Positions 51,801 to 64,000 of a DNA stretch of 64,000 nucleotides are shown here, one piece after another. Origin of the DNA: Phallusia mammillata (lineage: Eukaryota). The notes under the pieces are model-generated. The model did not search any database and was not told where the DNA came from. It saw only the letters and a program-made list of their open reading frames with translations. Location: assembly GCA_965637545.1 (NCBI GenBank), contig OZ281496.1:28706001-28770000 (forward strand), written 5' to 3'. The stretch's first letter is position 1; the number at the start of each line of letters is the position of its first letter. A program made the translations under genes and the position numbers.

Positions 51801-54800
51801 TATAACGGCAAAGATTTGACTAGAAATTACAAATTTGGTGACTAATCCGTTTCCAGCATAGAGCAATTTCCAAAACAAAACATACCGCAGTTTAGATAGA
51901 AACTAAAAAAGAGAAACAATTTTGAGGCCAAAACAGCTGCAACACATTCCAAAGCAAATTCTTAGCAGGACGCAAAATGGTTTCAGGCGTTTCCCGGGGA
52001 ATCAATTTGTAATCGGAGACGAACTCACAATCACGATTTGTATCAAATTTCAGATGCTGTCGCCTGCGCTGACCCAGATGAATGTCGGAAGTATTGCGGG
52101 ACCGCCGTCGGTTGTTCGAATGTTGCCTACCCCAAACTTGTGCTAGAAATTATGCCCACTGGACTCCGCGGTAAGACGCACAGTGTATTCGTAGCGTTGT
52201 GACGTGCTTACGTTAAATTTATTTTTTTCGTTGTTTTTCGTGCACTGTATACTACGCTCATTCAGTTATTCACCTGGTGAAGGCGCGTCGCTCGCTACCA
52301 CTACACTAAAATAGGTTACCAGGCCACACTTTCAGTTAAAATCCAAACGTCGCGACGAACCACAGAAACTTGAGATAAGGCCTAAACCGGCTCGCACAAT
52401 TACTGCTCTTGGCTTATATCTTTTACAGTCCCCATATTTAACAGAAAATTAGTGTTCACTTAAATGCAAAGGAACTGGATTAGTTATCTTTACTCACACT
52501 TTTTTCTCAGCGATTTCTAATCTACAGTATTCTTTTCAGGCTTGTTATTGGCTGTCATGATGGCTGCACTGATGTCATCACTGACGTCAGTGTTCAATAG
52601 CGCATCGACACTCTTCACATGCGATCTATGGCAGAAGATGAGAAAAGACGCAAACCAATGGGAACTCATGATAGTGGGAAGGTATGAAACTAGTGTGGTT
52701 AGCCGTTGCAATGATATACAATTTAACGATACGTTCCAATCTTTCGCACATCAATACAAAACTATAGTATTATAAACGTATACGTAGTTGCACTTCTACG
52801 CTTAATCGGATTTTCGTGCCATGTTCAATAGAGTCTTCATACTGTTCATGGTCGGAGTGAGTATTGCATGGGTTCCAATTGTACAAGCATCAGCCAACGG
52901 GCAACTATTCGACTACATCCAGTCCATAACCAGTTACCTGGGACCGCCGATTATGGTGGTTTTCGTCATGGGAGTGTTCTGGCCCCGGCTAAACGAACCG
53001 GTAAGTTCAATAAAAATTCGCAATACACTCACGATTTTGACAAAGATACAGTTGTGAACAGACTGCACCGAAAATAGCCAAAAAAATCATGACACAAATG
53101 GGTGTGAAGTCCTAGAAACCAAGCCCATTTTTACTCACATTTCGCCCGAAACCGGCACGACTATCAACTATGAATCAAATATACCATGTGGCTGTTTTGT
53201 GCCCTACATCACAGCATAAATAAGAAAGAATGTATGTTTTGTAGACGACATTTTAGTTAAGAACGAACCTAAAAAACAAACTTTGTCAATCAGGTCCGAC
53301 CGCAGTACTGAAAGTAAATCTCATACTAATGAAAATCCGGGAATAAATTTGCCAACCATATGCATCTGTATGTGTTATAGTAGTTAGTACTGCAAGTCCA
53401 ACGAGCTCTGTAATTAGTGCGAAACCCTGCATTATTTTACAGGGGGCTTTTTGGTCTTTGATGTGTGGACTGGTCGTCGGTGTAACGAGGATGATAATGG
53501 ATTTTGCCTACGGGGCACCTCTATGTGGAGAGCCGGAGTTCAGGCCAGCTGTGTTGTACAAGGTATGAACAACGATTACTACGAACCCCTAAACACATGA
53601 AAGCTTAATTGCAACAAACCGTTTGATACAGAATGTATATTTTTGTGAACATAGCAGAGCTTCTCAACCACTGGGTCGTGGCCGCTATTTGATTCAATTT
53701 AGTCGTCGATTATAACAGTCCACAAAGTCTTGATAATTGAGTACTTCGTTGCATAGTCGTTTGGCGTTTCTGACCTAAGAAAGATTGTTGCAAGAAGTCG
53801 CTAGTTTCCAAAGGTTCCTGAGACATTGCACCAAGTCGAATTTTTCAAAAAAAAGTAGTGCAAAAAAGATAGGATGCACCAGCTTAGCCATGAACTTACA
53901 CGTATTATCTGGGTCGCCACAATCAAGGGAAAAAGAACTGGTTTATAGGATCAAGAAAGACTGAAAATGCTCCTGATGACAGAATAGATCCCTCGACAAT
54001 CAACACTAAAACGAGTAACCTTCTTTGAAATGATTTCTATAGGTTCACTATCTATACTTCGCGATGATTTTGGCCGCGGTTACAGCAATTATTGCCGTTA
54101 TCGTAACACTCATGACACCAAGAATCGAACCAGAACACGTGAGTACAAAACCAACAACAAAAATATTCCATAAAGGAGTTAAAAAATGTAATTGCATAAT
54201 TGTCAAGCAACCCGGAACTAAAAAAGCACGTTGGTAGTCCGAAACATAGGAATTTTCTACCATAGCACTGATAATACTGTCCAAGTCGGTGACCCTCTGA
54301 ACCTACTTTCAGCTATACAGACTGACGTGGGGAACCAGACATAGCAAACAGGAGCGCGTGGACATTGGAGAACCGATCATACGCAAAAACAACGAGAATG
54401 TAAGTTAAAAATATATAAGTATTAGGTGTCACAAAATTGCTATGATAAAAATGCCTTCAAATATTTACCTTTTTTTGATGTGAACTGCACTTGAAAGATA
54501 ACGCTTCATGATCTTCTTTAGAACATGACTGGGTTCTCAAACCAAGCGGTGACTGACGATGATGATCAGCCGGTAGATGGCGACGCAGAGAACGGTAAAG
54601 CCACAAACTCCACTGAGCATGGCCCTGAAAAAATGGAAATAGGTATACTTAAAAAACAAAATATACGCCCACTACTAAAAAAGTGTCTAATGGCAAAAAA
54701 TAAATATTGAAAAAAAATTGCCTAAATTAATTGAAATAAAACCAGTTTTGGTGTTTGAAAGAGTCACTGCTGCTCGAAAACGCTTTAAACTTGCAAATAA

Positions 54801-55103
54801 CTTGCAAATAAAAAAGGCGGAAAAGTTTTTAGGATTTGCAATAAGCTAAGAGAAAAATATGAACCAGTTTAAAACAACATTTGCCTTGCAGAGGACGTTA
54901 CAAAAGAGCCCGAGGAATCAACGTCGATTTGCCGCAAAGCATTGAACCTTTTTTGTGGGCTGGATAGTAGAAAAAAGGATCAGAAGCCCCCACCAGCGGT
55001 TATTACAGATATAACCGAAAACAAGACATCGGCTACACTAGTAAACGTCGCTGGCGCAGGGATGATTTGTGCCATGATGTTTTTGTTCGGTTATTATGCC
55101 TAA
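45822..55103 (+). CDS. SLC5A: Sodium/glucose cotransporter-like SLC5 protein (SGLT subfamily), copy A, 690 aa. Exons 45822-45959, 46956-47132, 47493-47657, 49654-49840, 50744-50949, 51174-51309, 52054-52170, 52540-52681, 52832-53000, 53443-53562, 54043-54138, 54313-54399, 54522-54642, 54892-55103
   Basis: Fourteen GT-AG exons, 2073 nt open frame. SGLT motifs: [108 protein letters not shown]. Orthology to a specific vertebrate paralog cannot be assigned. Confidence 0.96.
46583..46693. repeat. 54-bp tandem duplication in intron 1 of SLC5 copy A
   Basis: gcatttgctggtgcaaaacgtaacgttgtgttttacagtgttctgtcacc at 46583 and 46637. Confidence 0.9.
47835..49543. mobile_element. Non-autonomous Helentron/HINE (DINE-1-like) element in intron 3 of SLC5 copy A
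   Basis: Subterminal inverted repeats cacatattg (47853) / caatatgtg (49511). The latter runs into a 9-bp hairpin gtccccttc-agg-gaaggggac (49519-49539). Internal tandem array; aataaa on both flanks; no long ORF. Confidence 0.65.
49015..49475. repeat. 160-bp tandem repeat, about 2.9 copies
   Basis: aaagtgggatgcacatctacataact, with its gtgggat at 49054, 49214 and 49374. Confidence 0.92.
51373..51531. mobile_element. Short hAT-type MITE (159 bp) in intron 6 of SLC5 copy A
   Basis: TIRs caggtttttttaagg / ccttaaaaaaaacgctg; perfect 8-bp TSD aacacgca; internal hairpin ttgggggacc-gtttt-ggtcccccaa. Confidence 0.88.
53655..53940. mobile_element. Degenerate hAT-type MITE in intron 10 of SLC5 copy A
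   Basis: Starts cagagcttctcaaccactgggtcg and ends gggtcgcc..aaagaactg; flanks gaacatag / gtttatag (5 of 8 match). Confidence 0.45.
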
Positions 55104-56334
55104 AGATATGTTTTATCAGTATATGGCAGTATACAATTTATCTCATAAAGTGTTTTTAGTATAATATGTCTTGTAGTGCAAGCGTTTATAAACTGACTTA
55201 TAGTGGCCTATTTTGAATTTTTGTGTTCGTTACATCTCACAAATGTTCCATATCACTGCTATTACACTTGAACAGAAACTAATAAGAAGTCCACCGTTGC
55301 AAAATTTAAATTTAACTTTTAAGGTTACGGGCTTTGTGCAATTGCAAAACTGTTTGGAAGGCTAATCGCGCAACCGAAGGGGCAATACAATGTCGCAAAT
55401 TGGATCAGCTAGCGCTATCAGCCCAAACATGCTTTAACATACCAAAGTTCTAAGTGGACGACCATGAGCCGTGACCCTAGATTTAACCTGACACGTGATT
55501 GCATTAAACCCGAATTCCATAGGGACCCAAGAGGCATTTCGCAACGCTTAGAAAAACAACATTGCTGCAATGGCGTTAATAATTAAACCCTTTGATTTGC
55601 GTCAGATTCAATATTTGTTAACATACTGCGCATTGTGCATGCATAACGCAGGAGAAACCCAGGACAATGGCTTTCTGCAGTGGAATTTGGACAGAGAACA
55701 CACCCCTTGGTATACTTCACGGCCAAGAAGTGATTAGGGAACAAAATAAGTCACGACATCGTTTTTGGCTAGGTAGTGCTTTAATGTAAACGCAAGTTAG
55801 TTTGAAACAGTTAAATAATTTATCTGAGGTCAGAATTTTGTTTAGATCAAACGAAGTTTCATGCGTTTTTCTAATTTATAAGAACCCAAGATCAAAAACT
55901 TAGAACGGCAAGTTATGCGGCTGTTTTGCGTTTATAACCGCAAGAAGAATAGGTGGCAAAGCATGTTTTGAATGCTCAATCATCAGTTTAAAGCAGTGAC
56001 AAATTGGAAAAGAAAGCATCTTTATGTCACAAACAAATGTCTCTCACGTTGACCCGTGTGGTTTTAGTCTATATCCGTAGTGGTTGAAAAGGAAAGCGAC
56101 TCATCAGGAAAACGAAGCAACATTCCGACAAGTTGTAACGAGCAGACAGCTTTCCAGTTATAGACTATTAACATGTAATTTATATGGTAAGGGTTTAAAT
56201 TTAAACAAAAGTCTGGTCAGACTTGTCAAAGTTTTCAGTCTGTTATTATATGCGACTGTTGTCTCTATCTGTCGCACTGAGTCTCTGGTGACTCGTGATT
56301 TACGACATCTACACAGAGTTAAGACTGGTTAAGT

Positions 56335-59300
56335 ATGGAATCGACTTTAGAACCAATTGTCACCACAGGTGGCGGTGAGGAGGAACTTGGATCGTTGGAA
56401 ACGGCTGATTTTGCTGTCATTGGAGTTTATTTTGTGTTTATTCTAGCTGTGGGAATATGGGTAAGCGTTGTGGCAAATCCCTAATTGTGGCAATAAATTG
56501 AACCTATCTGTGTAAGTTGTTTCGAAGTTGTGAGACATTGCATAGTGAACATATAAATTATGTACGGTAAGGAATTGTGGTTTTGGTGGTGTCATTTCAC
56601 TGATATCAAGAAAATTAGTTAAATTTTAGTGAGGTATTACAACTTATACACTACATCGTTAACATTTGTTCTCCATAAATCAGCCACAGTGCACAAATTG
56701 GTAAAAAATTAACGCAAAATTGCGCCTTATTTAAACTAAGAATGAGAGTAGTAATGTTTACAAACACAAAACAAGGGACCACTTTTTATAGGCGATGATT
56801 CGAACTGACCGCAGCAACGTGAGTGGATTCTTTCTTGCTGGTCGGGACATAACTTGGTTCCCAGTGGGAGCGTCAATATTTAGCAGCAACATAGGTAGTG
56901 GAAGTTTTGTGGGACTGGCTGGCACTGGCGCGGCGGCTGGGATAGCGGTTGGCGCTTACGAGTGGAACGTAAGTGTGGGTTTCTCAAACGACTTTTAGAA
57001 AACACTTCACATATCGGGGCTTTGTGTTGTTTTTAAGTAGTGATGCACCGAACCCGCCTAAAATTGTTCGGGCCGAAACCGAATATTCGGCCTCAATTTC
57101 GGTCGAATCAGGCCGAACCTAAAATCCCCTTTCTTATGGACGTTTTCAACTGAACTTGTGTTGTTGATGCAAGTAAACTCAATTATGACAAACCAAAATT
57201 ACTTTCACAATGCGGAAGCTTTATTACACTTGTAATATTTTGCAGACAACGTGGCTCGTATTTTATAGATACCACAAATAGTTAATTTATGATGTTTCGT
57301 ATGGGCGAAAATGAAAGTTTAGGTATCATTTTTCATGCAATCAAAAAGTTCGGTTTCGGCTGAATTTTCAAAAAAGTTCGGGCCGAAACCGAAACATCAG
57401 AAAACAGCGTATTCGGCCGAAATGTTTCGGCCAACCGAAACTTCGGTGCATCACTATTTTTAAGCAAGTAAACTTGTAATTTTGTAAGTAGCGCAAATAT
57501 GTATACAATATTGATAGGCTATCATTATCAAACAGTTATGGTAAATTTTATTGCGCTGTTGCCGTGTGTGAATATTCGGTCAGTAACCAATGTTTTACTG
57601 TTTCTATTTTAAGTCGGTAAAATTAACCGCTTGTTAAGGTTTATTATTCAACAACACGCTGCCAAAATAGACAAGCTTGCGTGGACAAACAAAAGTCGGG
57701 AAAATCCGCACAACTTCTTACTGTGATTGCGATCAACAAACCATGTTGTGTGTCTTGCAGCGGAAATTCGCTGGTTTCATACAAAAAACATGTTTGTTGC
57801 GTGTTAAGTGAAAATGTTTTCAAAATAAATGTAAAATAAAATTAGGTTTGCAAGACTACGGGGTAAATTTTATCTATATCAGGGGTTTCCAACAGAAAAT
57901 TTGTCCAAGGCCAAAATTTGAAAACACTAGAAGCCGCGGGCCACAACGCCAAAATTACGCTAAACCAATGCACAGCAACTGTGTCCTAAAAACTTATTAG
58001 GCCCCTTACATGTAATATACGGTTCTCTATATGCAAATGTAAACCCATTAAAAATAACTCACTCAGTATTATTTGGCAGGCGATGTTATGCTTAACGTTT
58101 CTCGGTTGGATATTCGCGCCTTTATACATTGCATCGGGAGTTGTAACTGTGCCAGAGTATTTGAAGAAGAGGTTCGGTGGTCAGCGCATCCAGCTCTACA
58201 TGTCCGTGCTTTCCTTAATCCTGTACATATTCACAAAAGTTTCGGTAAGATTCAATTAGTTGTTGATGTTATGCAATAAAATATAACATGTCTCGTTTAA
58301 ACAAAATTTTAAAGCGTACCAGATACAACAAGAAAAACATTTTAAACACTATACGTCTAATAAGAAATGCAACAGGCCAAACAGAGGTAAAAAGGAGGAC
58401 ATGAACTTTAGACTATAATCATGTCACGAGGCTGAAGTGTTTATAAACAGGTGTGACTAATATATGTCAGATGATGGCATGGGAATTTGCCGAACGTCTA
58501 CTCTATTGGTTATTAAAACAATTGTTCCTTTTACAGTGCGCTGATTTGGTCAGCTGACTTAGTGAAACAGTCGTCGCTTTTAGTGGAAACTTTCTGTGAT
58601 AACCCAATTAGAACTACAAAATCGCATTTTGTTATGGCAACAAAAAAATCCTTTTAAAAACCACCAAGTTGAATAAAAAAAAAACATTCAACGGTCTGTT
58701 TTTAGGCAGATCTTTTCGCTGGAGCCATTTTCATACAAGAAGCGCTGGGTTGGAATCTGTATGTTTCCATCATAGTGTTGCTCGCTGTAACTGGTTTGTA
58801 CACAGTTACCGGCGGACTTGCAGCGGTAATTTACACCGACACAGCACAAACCCTTATCATGGTGATTGGAGGACTAATCATGATGGGACTATGTAAGTTA
58901 TGGTTCGTTCATTTCAAACCAAGTCAAACAAAAAAACAAAATCAAATTTAAGTCCTGTACATACTTATAAGGTTAAAAAATTGCAAGAAAAAATAACTAG
59001 GAAAGATTTAACACTATAATTAAAGTATTGCATATCTGCCGAATTAAAGTTATTTTCAAGATACACACGTTATAAGTTAAACTTTGCAAACAACCTCCGC
59101 CCATATGAACCTTAGTAGATTCAACTAATCAAATCACGTAACATACAGGAATAAGGGAGAATTTTACTTTGCAGCGTTTGATTACGTTGGTGGATACGAA
59201 GGACTAGAAATTAAATACATGCAAGCAATTCCAGCTGACCAACCTCCGAACACAACATGCGGAATTCCAAGAGCCGACTCTTTCCACGTGTTTCGCGATC

Positions 59301-62300
59301 CCATTACCGGCGACCTTCCATGGCCCGGTTTGACCTTCGGACTTACGATCATTGCCACGTGGTATTTTTGCACGGATCAAGTAAGATTGATTCCATATTC
59401 AAAAAAGCTAACATAGATTGAGGATTGGTTCCACATTTAAATGCTGACATACATTTGGGATTGATTTCGTTCAAAAATAAGGGTTGAATTCTATTTAAAT
59501 GCAAAATTGCATTCCATTTGAACATATGGTTTGATTCCTTTCAAATTTGTGATTGGATTCCAAAAAAATTAGATCTGTATTCCACCAAAATTCTAAGTTT
59601 GATTCCATTCAAGAACATGGTCATATTCATTTCCAACTATATGCTGTTTCAAGTTTATGGTTGGACTCCGCACCTAAAACAATTTTTATTAAACCAGATA
59701 CCAAAAATGATTTTTATATTCAAATATAGAGTATCACAATGGTTTTGTTTAAAAAACGACAATCAAAAAAACCTTAAGAAGTAGGCCTAGTTTAAATGGT
59801 TATCAGTGTTAGTTAGTTTTTAGTGAAATTAGTTTTTGCTAATTTTTGAAGATTAAAAGCAACGAATTTGTAATTTTTTAACTTGAGCTCCAAGAAATAC
59901 TACAAAAAATCCCTCAAAAAGATGTCTAGCAACAACCCTCATTTTTCTGAGAACTTCAATGCCATTGACAGGTTTTGGCCCAACGAACTCTTGCAGCCAA
60001 GAACCTAACACACGCGAAGGGTGGATGTGTAATCGCGGGCTTCCTCAAAATACTGCCAATGTATATGATGGTTATGGTGGGAATGATAAGCCGTGTAGCA
60101 TTCAAAGGTGAGTTCTGTTTATTACACCTAGACAAGGCATTCATGCAACGACGTCTGTCGAATAGCGAGATGTTCCTAATTGGGGAGTTGTAGCGCCCCT
60201 GTGCGACAAATATATTAAAACATAAATTTTTTTATCCATTTTCACTGCTAAGAACTGCTTCGTCAATAAAAAGTGTTCCTTGACGACAAATATTGCAAGT
60301 GAAACTTACATAGCCGTTTTAAACAAAACGTCATAAGTTTCCACGTACATACTACGTTACAACAAAGAAGATCGTGTGAAGGTTAAAAAAACGACTGCAC
60401 AATACTATTTTTTTTAATTAGTGCGTCTTTTGATCGCCGTTGCTACAAGTACAACTTTTGCGCCGAATTCATCACTTTGTAATCAAGCACGAATACACGG
60501 GTCGGAGAACCACATACTTTGTGTCTTCCCGGCTGCATATAAATAATGTGTAAAGTATACTCTCCACAAAAGCAAATGTTTTCGTTTTGTTAATACAGAT
60601 TCAGTGGCGTGTGCGACGAAAGCAAAATGTCTCGAAGTCTGCAACAACCCAGTCGGCTGCTCTAACGTTGCTTACCCAAGACTCGTCCTGAAGCTTATGC
60701 CAGTCGGATTGAAAGGTAGCCTCCCACATGATTACCAGTATAGAGCAAAGCATTACAATTTTCTTTCGCTATCAATGACATGCACAATTGTGCAGTAGCG
60801 TAGAAAGCAAAAGCCCATGCTACTCTTTACCTGTATTACTGTGGATTAAGTGAAACCAAAGGACAAAAACTCACTCTCTGGTGAGCTCCCACCACATAAC
60901 GGTTAATAATACGATGTAGTTGCAGCGCGTTCAGTCATGATCCTGCAAATGTGCTATTTTGCACTCCATAACGTTTTTACGCCAGGAAAAATAAACCCAA
61001 CTTATAAAAGTGTCCGCAAATCAGACGATTGCTTTGTTTTTAGGCTTAATGTTGGCTGCCATGATTGCTGCTCTGATGTCATCACTGACGTCAGTGTTTA
61101 ATAGCGCGTCGACGTTATTTACTTGCGATTTGTGGAAGAAGATTCGTAGAAACGCTACCGAGTGGGAACTGATGATTGTTGGAAGGTAAAAGCTTAAAGT
61201 AAAGAGAAAACGTTGAGTTAGCTACGGTTAAGGACAGAAATCTCGACAAATCTGGTTATTTGCATAGTGATTTTACCAAAAGTAAACATGCAATTAACCA
61301 GAACATGCATTTAAACAGTGGTTTTATGCAACAAATGGTCGTCCTGTAATTTACAGTTCCCATGCAATTAAACGGAAAATAAGCATTCTACAATTAAGCT
61401 GCTCTGTATGAAAAAAGGAGCCATTAGGCTAAAGGGAATTTTAACAAAACAACAGTAAAATGCAGCATTAATTTTTTTCGCGTTTAATTTTTTCAGGATA
61501 TTTATGTTGATCATGGTGGGAGTGAGTATTGCATGGGTGCCAATCGTACAAACATCAGCCAGCGGTCAACTCTTTGACTACATCCAGTCCATCACTAGCT
61601 ACCTAGCTCCACCCATCATGGTCGTTTTTGCTATGGCTATATTTTGGCCAAGACTGAATGAACCTGTAAGTATATAGCATACCCAACCTAAGTTTGGGTA
61701 CTAAATAATTAAATGTGTTTTAAGTATCTATAAAGTGGGTAACTGAACGTGGGTGTACAATCTTGTTGAATTTATAAAAGGCATCCATTACTATTAAGAA
61801 GTTCTACATCGCAAGTGAAAAGCCTGTAGAAACTTATTACCAAGCATGTGTGGCCAACAGAAAATATTATAACACTATACAGGGAGCTTTCTGGTCTCTG
61901 ATGGCCGGGTTGGCTGTTGGCTTGACAAGAATGATTATGGACTTTGCATATGGCGCCCCCTTGTGTGGAGAAGAAGAGTACAGACCAGAGATTTTATACA
62001 AGGTCAGCCATAACTAGTTGTGTGAATAGAGTAGCTAACGCCAACACATAAAAAAGGCATTGACTTCTGATGTGGTGTTTAAGGCTGTGTACATGATGTT
62101 TATTTGATTTATAACCAAGTATTGCATATCCAGCAGTTTTTATTGTAAACAATCGACGTTTCGACGTCCAATACAAGACGCCTTCATCAGGATAATGACA
62201 TAACTTGCAGGACAAAATTCTTATAAAGCGACAAAGTGCAAAACACACACACAAAAACGATAAGAAGAACATGCCGATGCAAACTCGCACCAACGCAATG

Positions 62301-63348
62301 ATAACACCAGCTGTAAAAGCGCCCGATAATTTTTGTTTATTTGATTTGTCTGTGTATATATTCAACATATTGATACGCATCAGGTTTTTTTGTTGTCAGG
62401 TTCACTACCTCTATTTTGCAATTATTCTGGCTGGCCAAACAGTGATTGTGGCAATTTTTGTAACACTCATCACTAAACCAATTGAAGCAAAGCATGTAAG
62501 TTTTTTATTGACTTGGTTTTAAAAAAAGTTTAAAAACTGCTTTTCCATGCAGCTTCATCGACTTACATGGTATTCCCGCTTTAGCAAGCGCACTCGCGAA
62601 GAACTAGGGGAGGTATCTATGTGGTTACATATCTATATTTTTTGCAAGTTATACCATATATTCAATTACAATTTTTTTCCCCAAATTCCAAATTATCACA
62701 ACAAAAATCCATTAAAAGCTGTATTCTTACTAAAACTACATGCATTTCTGTTGTTAGGATGAAAAAGCGGAGAAAGACATTGATGTGGAAAAAGAAGATG
62801 ATGTGGAAACAAAAGTAATCGACAAGCAGTCTATTAGCTCAGGTAAGTTTGCGGTAGGACTGCATGTCCAAGTGGTAAAATCATAAAAATTCTCAGCCAA
62901 AATATGTGGACCATTACCCCATGTAAAAATGATAGATAAAAAAGTGTGCAGCAGTGAGTGATGTAAAGTTGAAGGTGTAGGCCACCTGCATGGCTGCAAA
63001 CTGCGCGAACAGGTGCAGACAAACAACACCTCTTATTATTTTGCAAATACAGTATATTTTTCAATAACCCTCTGCATTTTTTACAATATCATTCATCTCT
63101 TTTCGAATTGGTGTCATACATTAATATTATTTGGGTAACTATTGTTAGGCACTTCAACTAGTGAAAAACCCTTGTGGAGAAAAGCTGTCAATCTGTTTTG
63201 TGGATTGAACATGGAAGACAAAGAAGGTCAAGCACCACATCCGAACATAACTGACATCAGAGAAAAGAAAAATCCACAACTTATTGTAGACGTCATGTGC
63301 ATTTTAATGTTGTGTGTGATGGTGTTTTTGTTTGGATATTATGGATAA
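56335..63348 (+). CDS. SLC5A: SGLT-subfamily SLC5 transporter, copy B, 661 aa. Exons 56335-56460, 56792-56968, 58080-58244, 58706-58892, 59175-59380, 59972-60107, 60599-60715, 61044-61185, 61497-61665, 61883-62002, 62400-62495, 62553-62612, 62758-62842, 63149-63348
   Basis: Fourteen GT-AG exons, 1986 nt open frame. Exons 2-11 have exactly the sizes of copy A (177/165/187/206/136/117/142/169/120/96). Same SGLT motifs, with some binding-site substitutions. Confidence 0.96.
57038..57456. mobile_element. hAT-type MITE in intron 2 of SLC5 copy B
   Basis: 15-bp TIRs tagtgatgcaccgaa / ttcggtgcatcacta; perfect 8-bp TSD tttttaag; subterminal ggccgaa/ttcggcc repeats. Confidence 0.92.
62149..62197 (-). 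ncRNA. Minimal type I hammerhead ribozyme motif (Penelope-like type, family 2), antisense in intron 10 of SLC5 copy B
   Basis: Minus strand: cauuauc-CUGAUGA-A-GGCGUC-UUGUAUUG-GACGUC-GAAACGUC-gauugu. Loopless palindromic stem III (AC/GU); weak stem I. Confidence 0.65.
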
Positions 63349-64000
63349 ACTATGCAAGGGTTTTGTTTTATATAACACCAGTTTTGTGGACATAGATAAA
63401 AGTTACTTGGAAAAGGTGTAAAATACTAATACACTCATAAAATATGTTATATTATATTCATAAAGTTCTCACCTAACAATTTGTTTTCTTTATGATTCCA
63501 CAAAGGATATTTCTTGAAATTGTCAAACCGCTGTACTCACCTAAATAAGATTAGAATTTACATATATGTACTTGCAGTTAGAGTAATCCTATAAGTATTT
63601 TCAACACCCAAGCTTGTGTTTAAATCAACCTGTCCATTTTTTAACAAAAACTATGCTACAATTCAGAATTAAGTGTGTGTAACAAAATGAAAATGCTTAC
63701 CTGCATTTTGAAAAATTTGTATGTCATATTAACGGCAGAGAATTTTACCCTATTACAATTACATATTACATAAAATTCATTAAACTCTAAACCTGTAGAC
63801 ATCAATATAATTACACATTACTCCAAATTAAACTACACAAGAATATGCAAAAAATGCATAAGATACCAACACACAAGCATGTGCACTATAAAATCACGTT
63901 ACAAATAGCATATATTGCAACAAACCACTACAAAACTATAGCAAAAACATATATTATATCTTTAGGGTATTTGTACAATTATATACACAAATAACAGTGA

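Overview
AT-rich eukaryotic genomic DNA with short GT-AG introns (down to about 58 nt). Gene content and intron layout best fit an invertebrate chordate, most likely an ascidian; this is inference. I reconstructed all gene models by hand from splice sites and reading-frame continuity. From 5' to 3': (1) two tandem ficolin-like fibrinogen-domain genes (46-1188, 5'-truncated; 2176-4175, complete) plus a remnant of a third last exon. (2) A tail-to-tail pair of strongly diverged but clearly paralogous Cys-rich single-pass receptors that the ORF track does not reveal: A (+, 6906-13677, 395 aa, 41-aa tail) and B (-, 27525-17931, 576 aa, about 240-aa Tyr-bearing tail). They share 12 ectodomain Cys and their intron phases, and B has motifs reminiscent of class II cytokine receptor long chains. 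(3) About 17 kb with no gene I can support, but containing an intact type I hammerhead ribozyme (-, 30664-30715). (4) Two tandem 14-exon SGLT-type SLC5 transporter genes (45822-55103, 56335-63348); the second has altered sugar-binding residues. Also present: several hAT-type MITEs with 8-bp target-site duplications (one nested), a Helentron-like non-autonomous element, decayed hammerhead copies of two families, and tandem repeats. No rRNA, tRNA or CRISPR seen. No database searches were possible; comparisons to human proteins are from memory and need verification.
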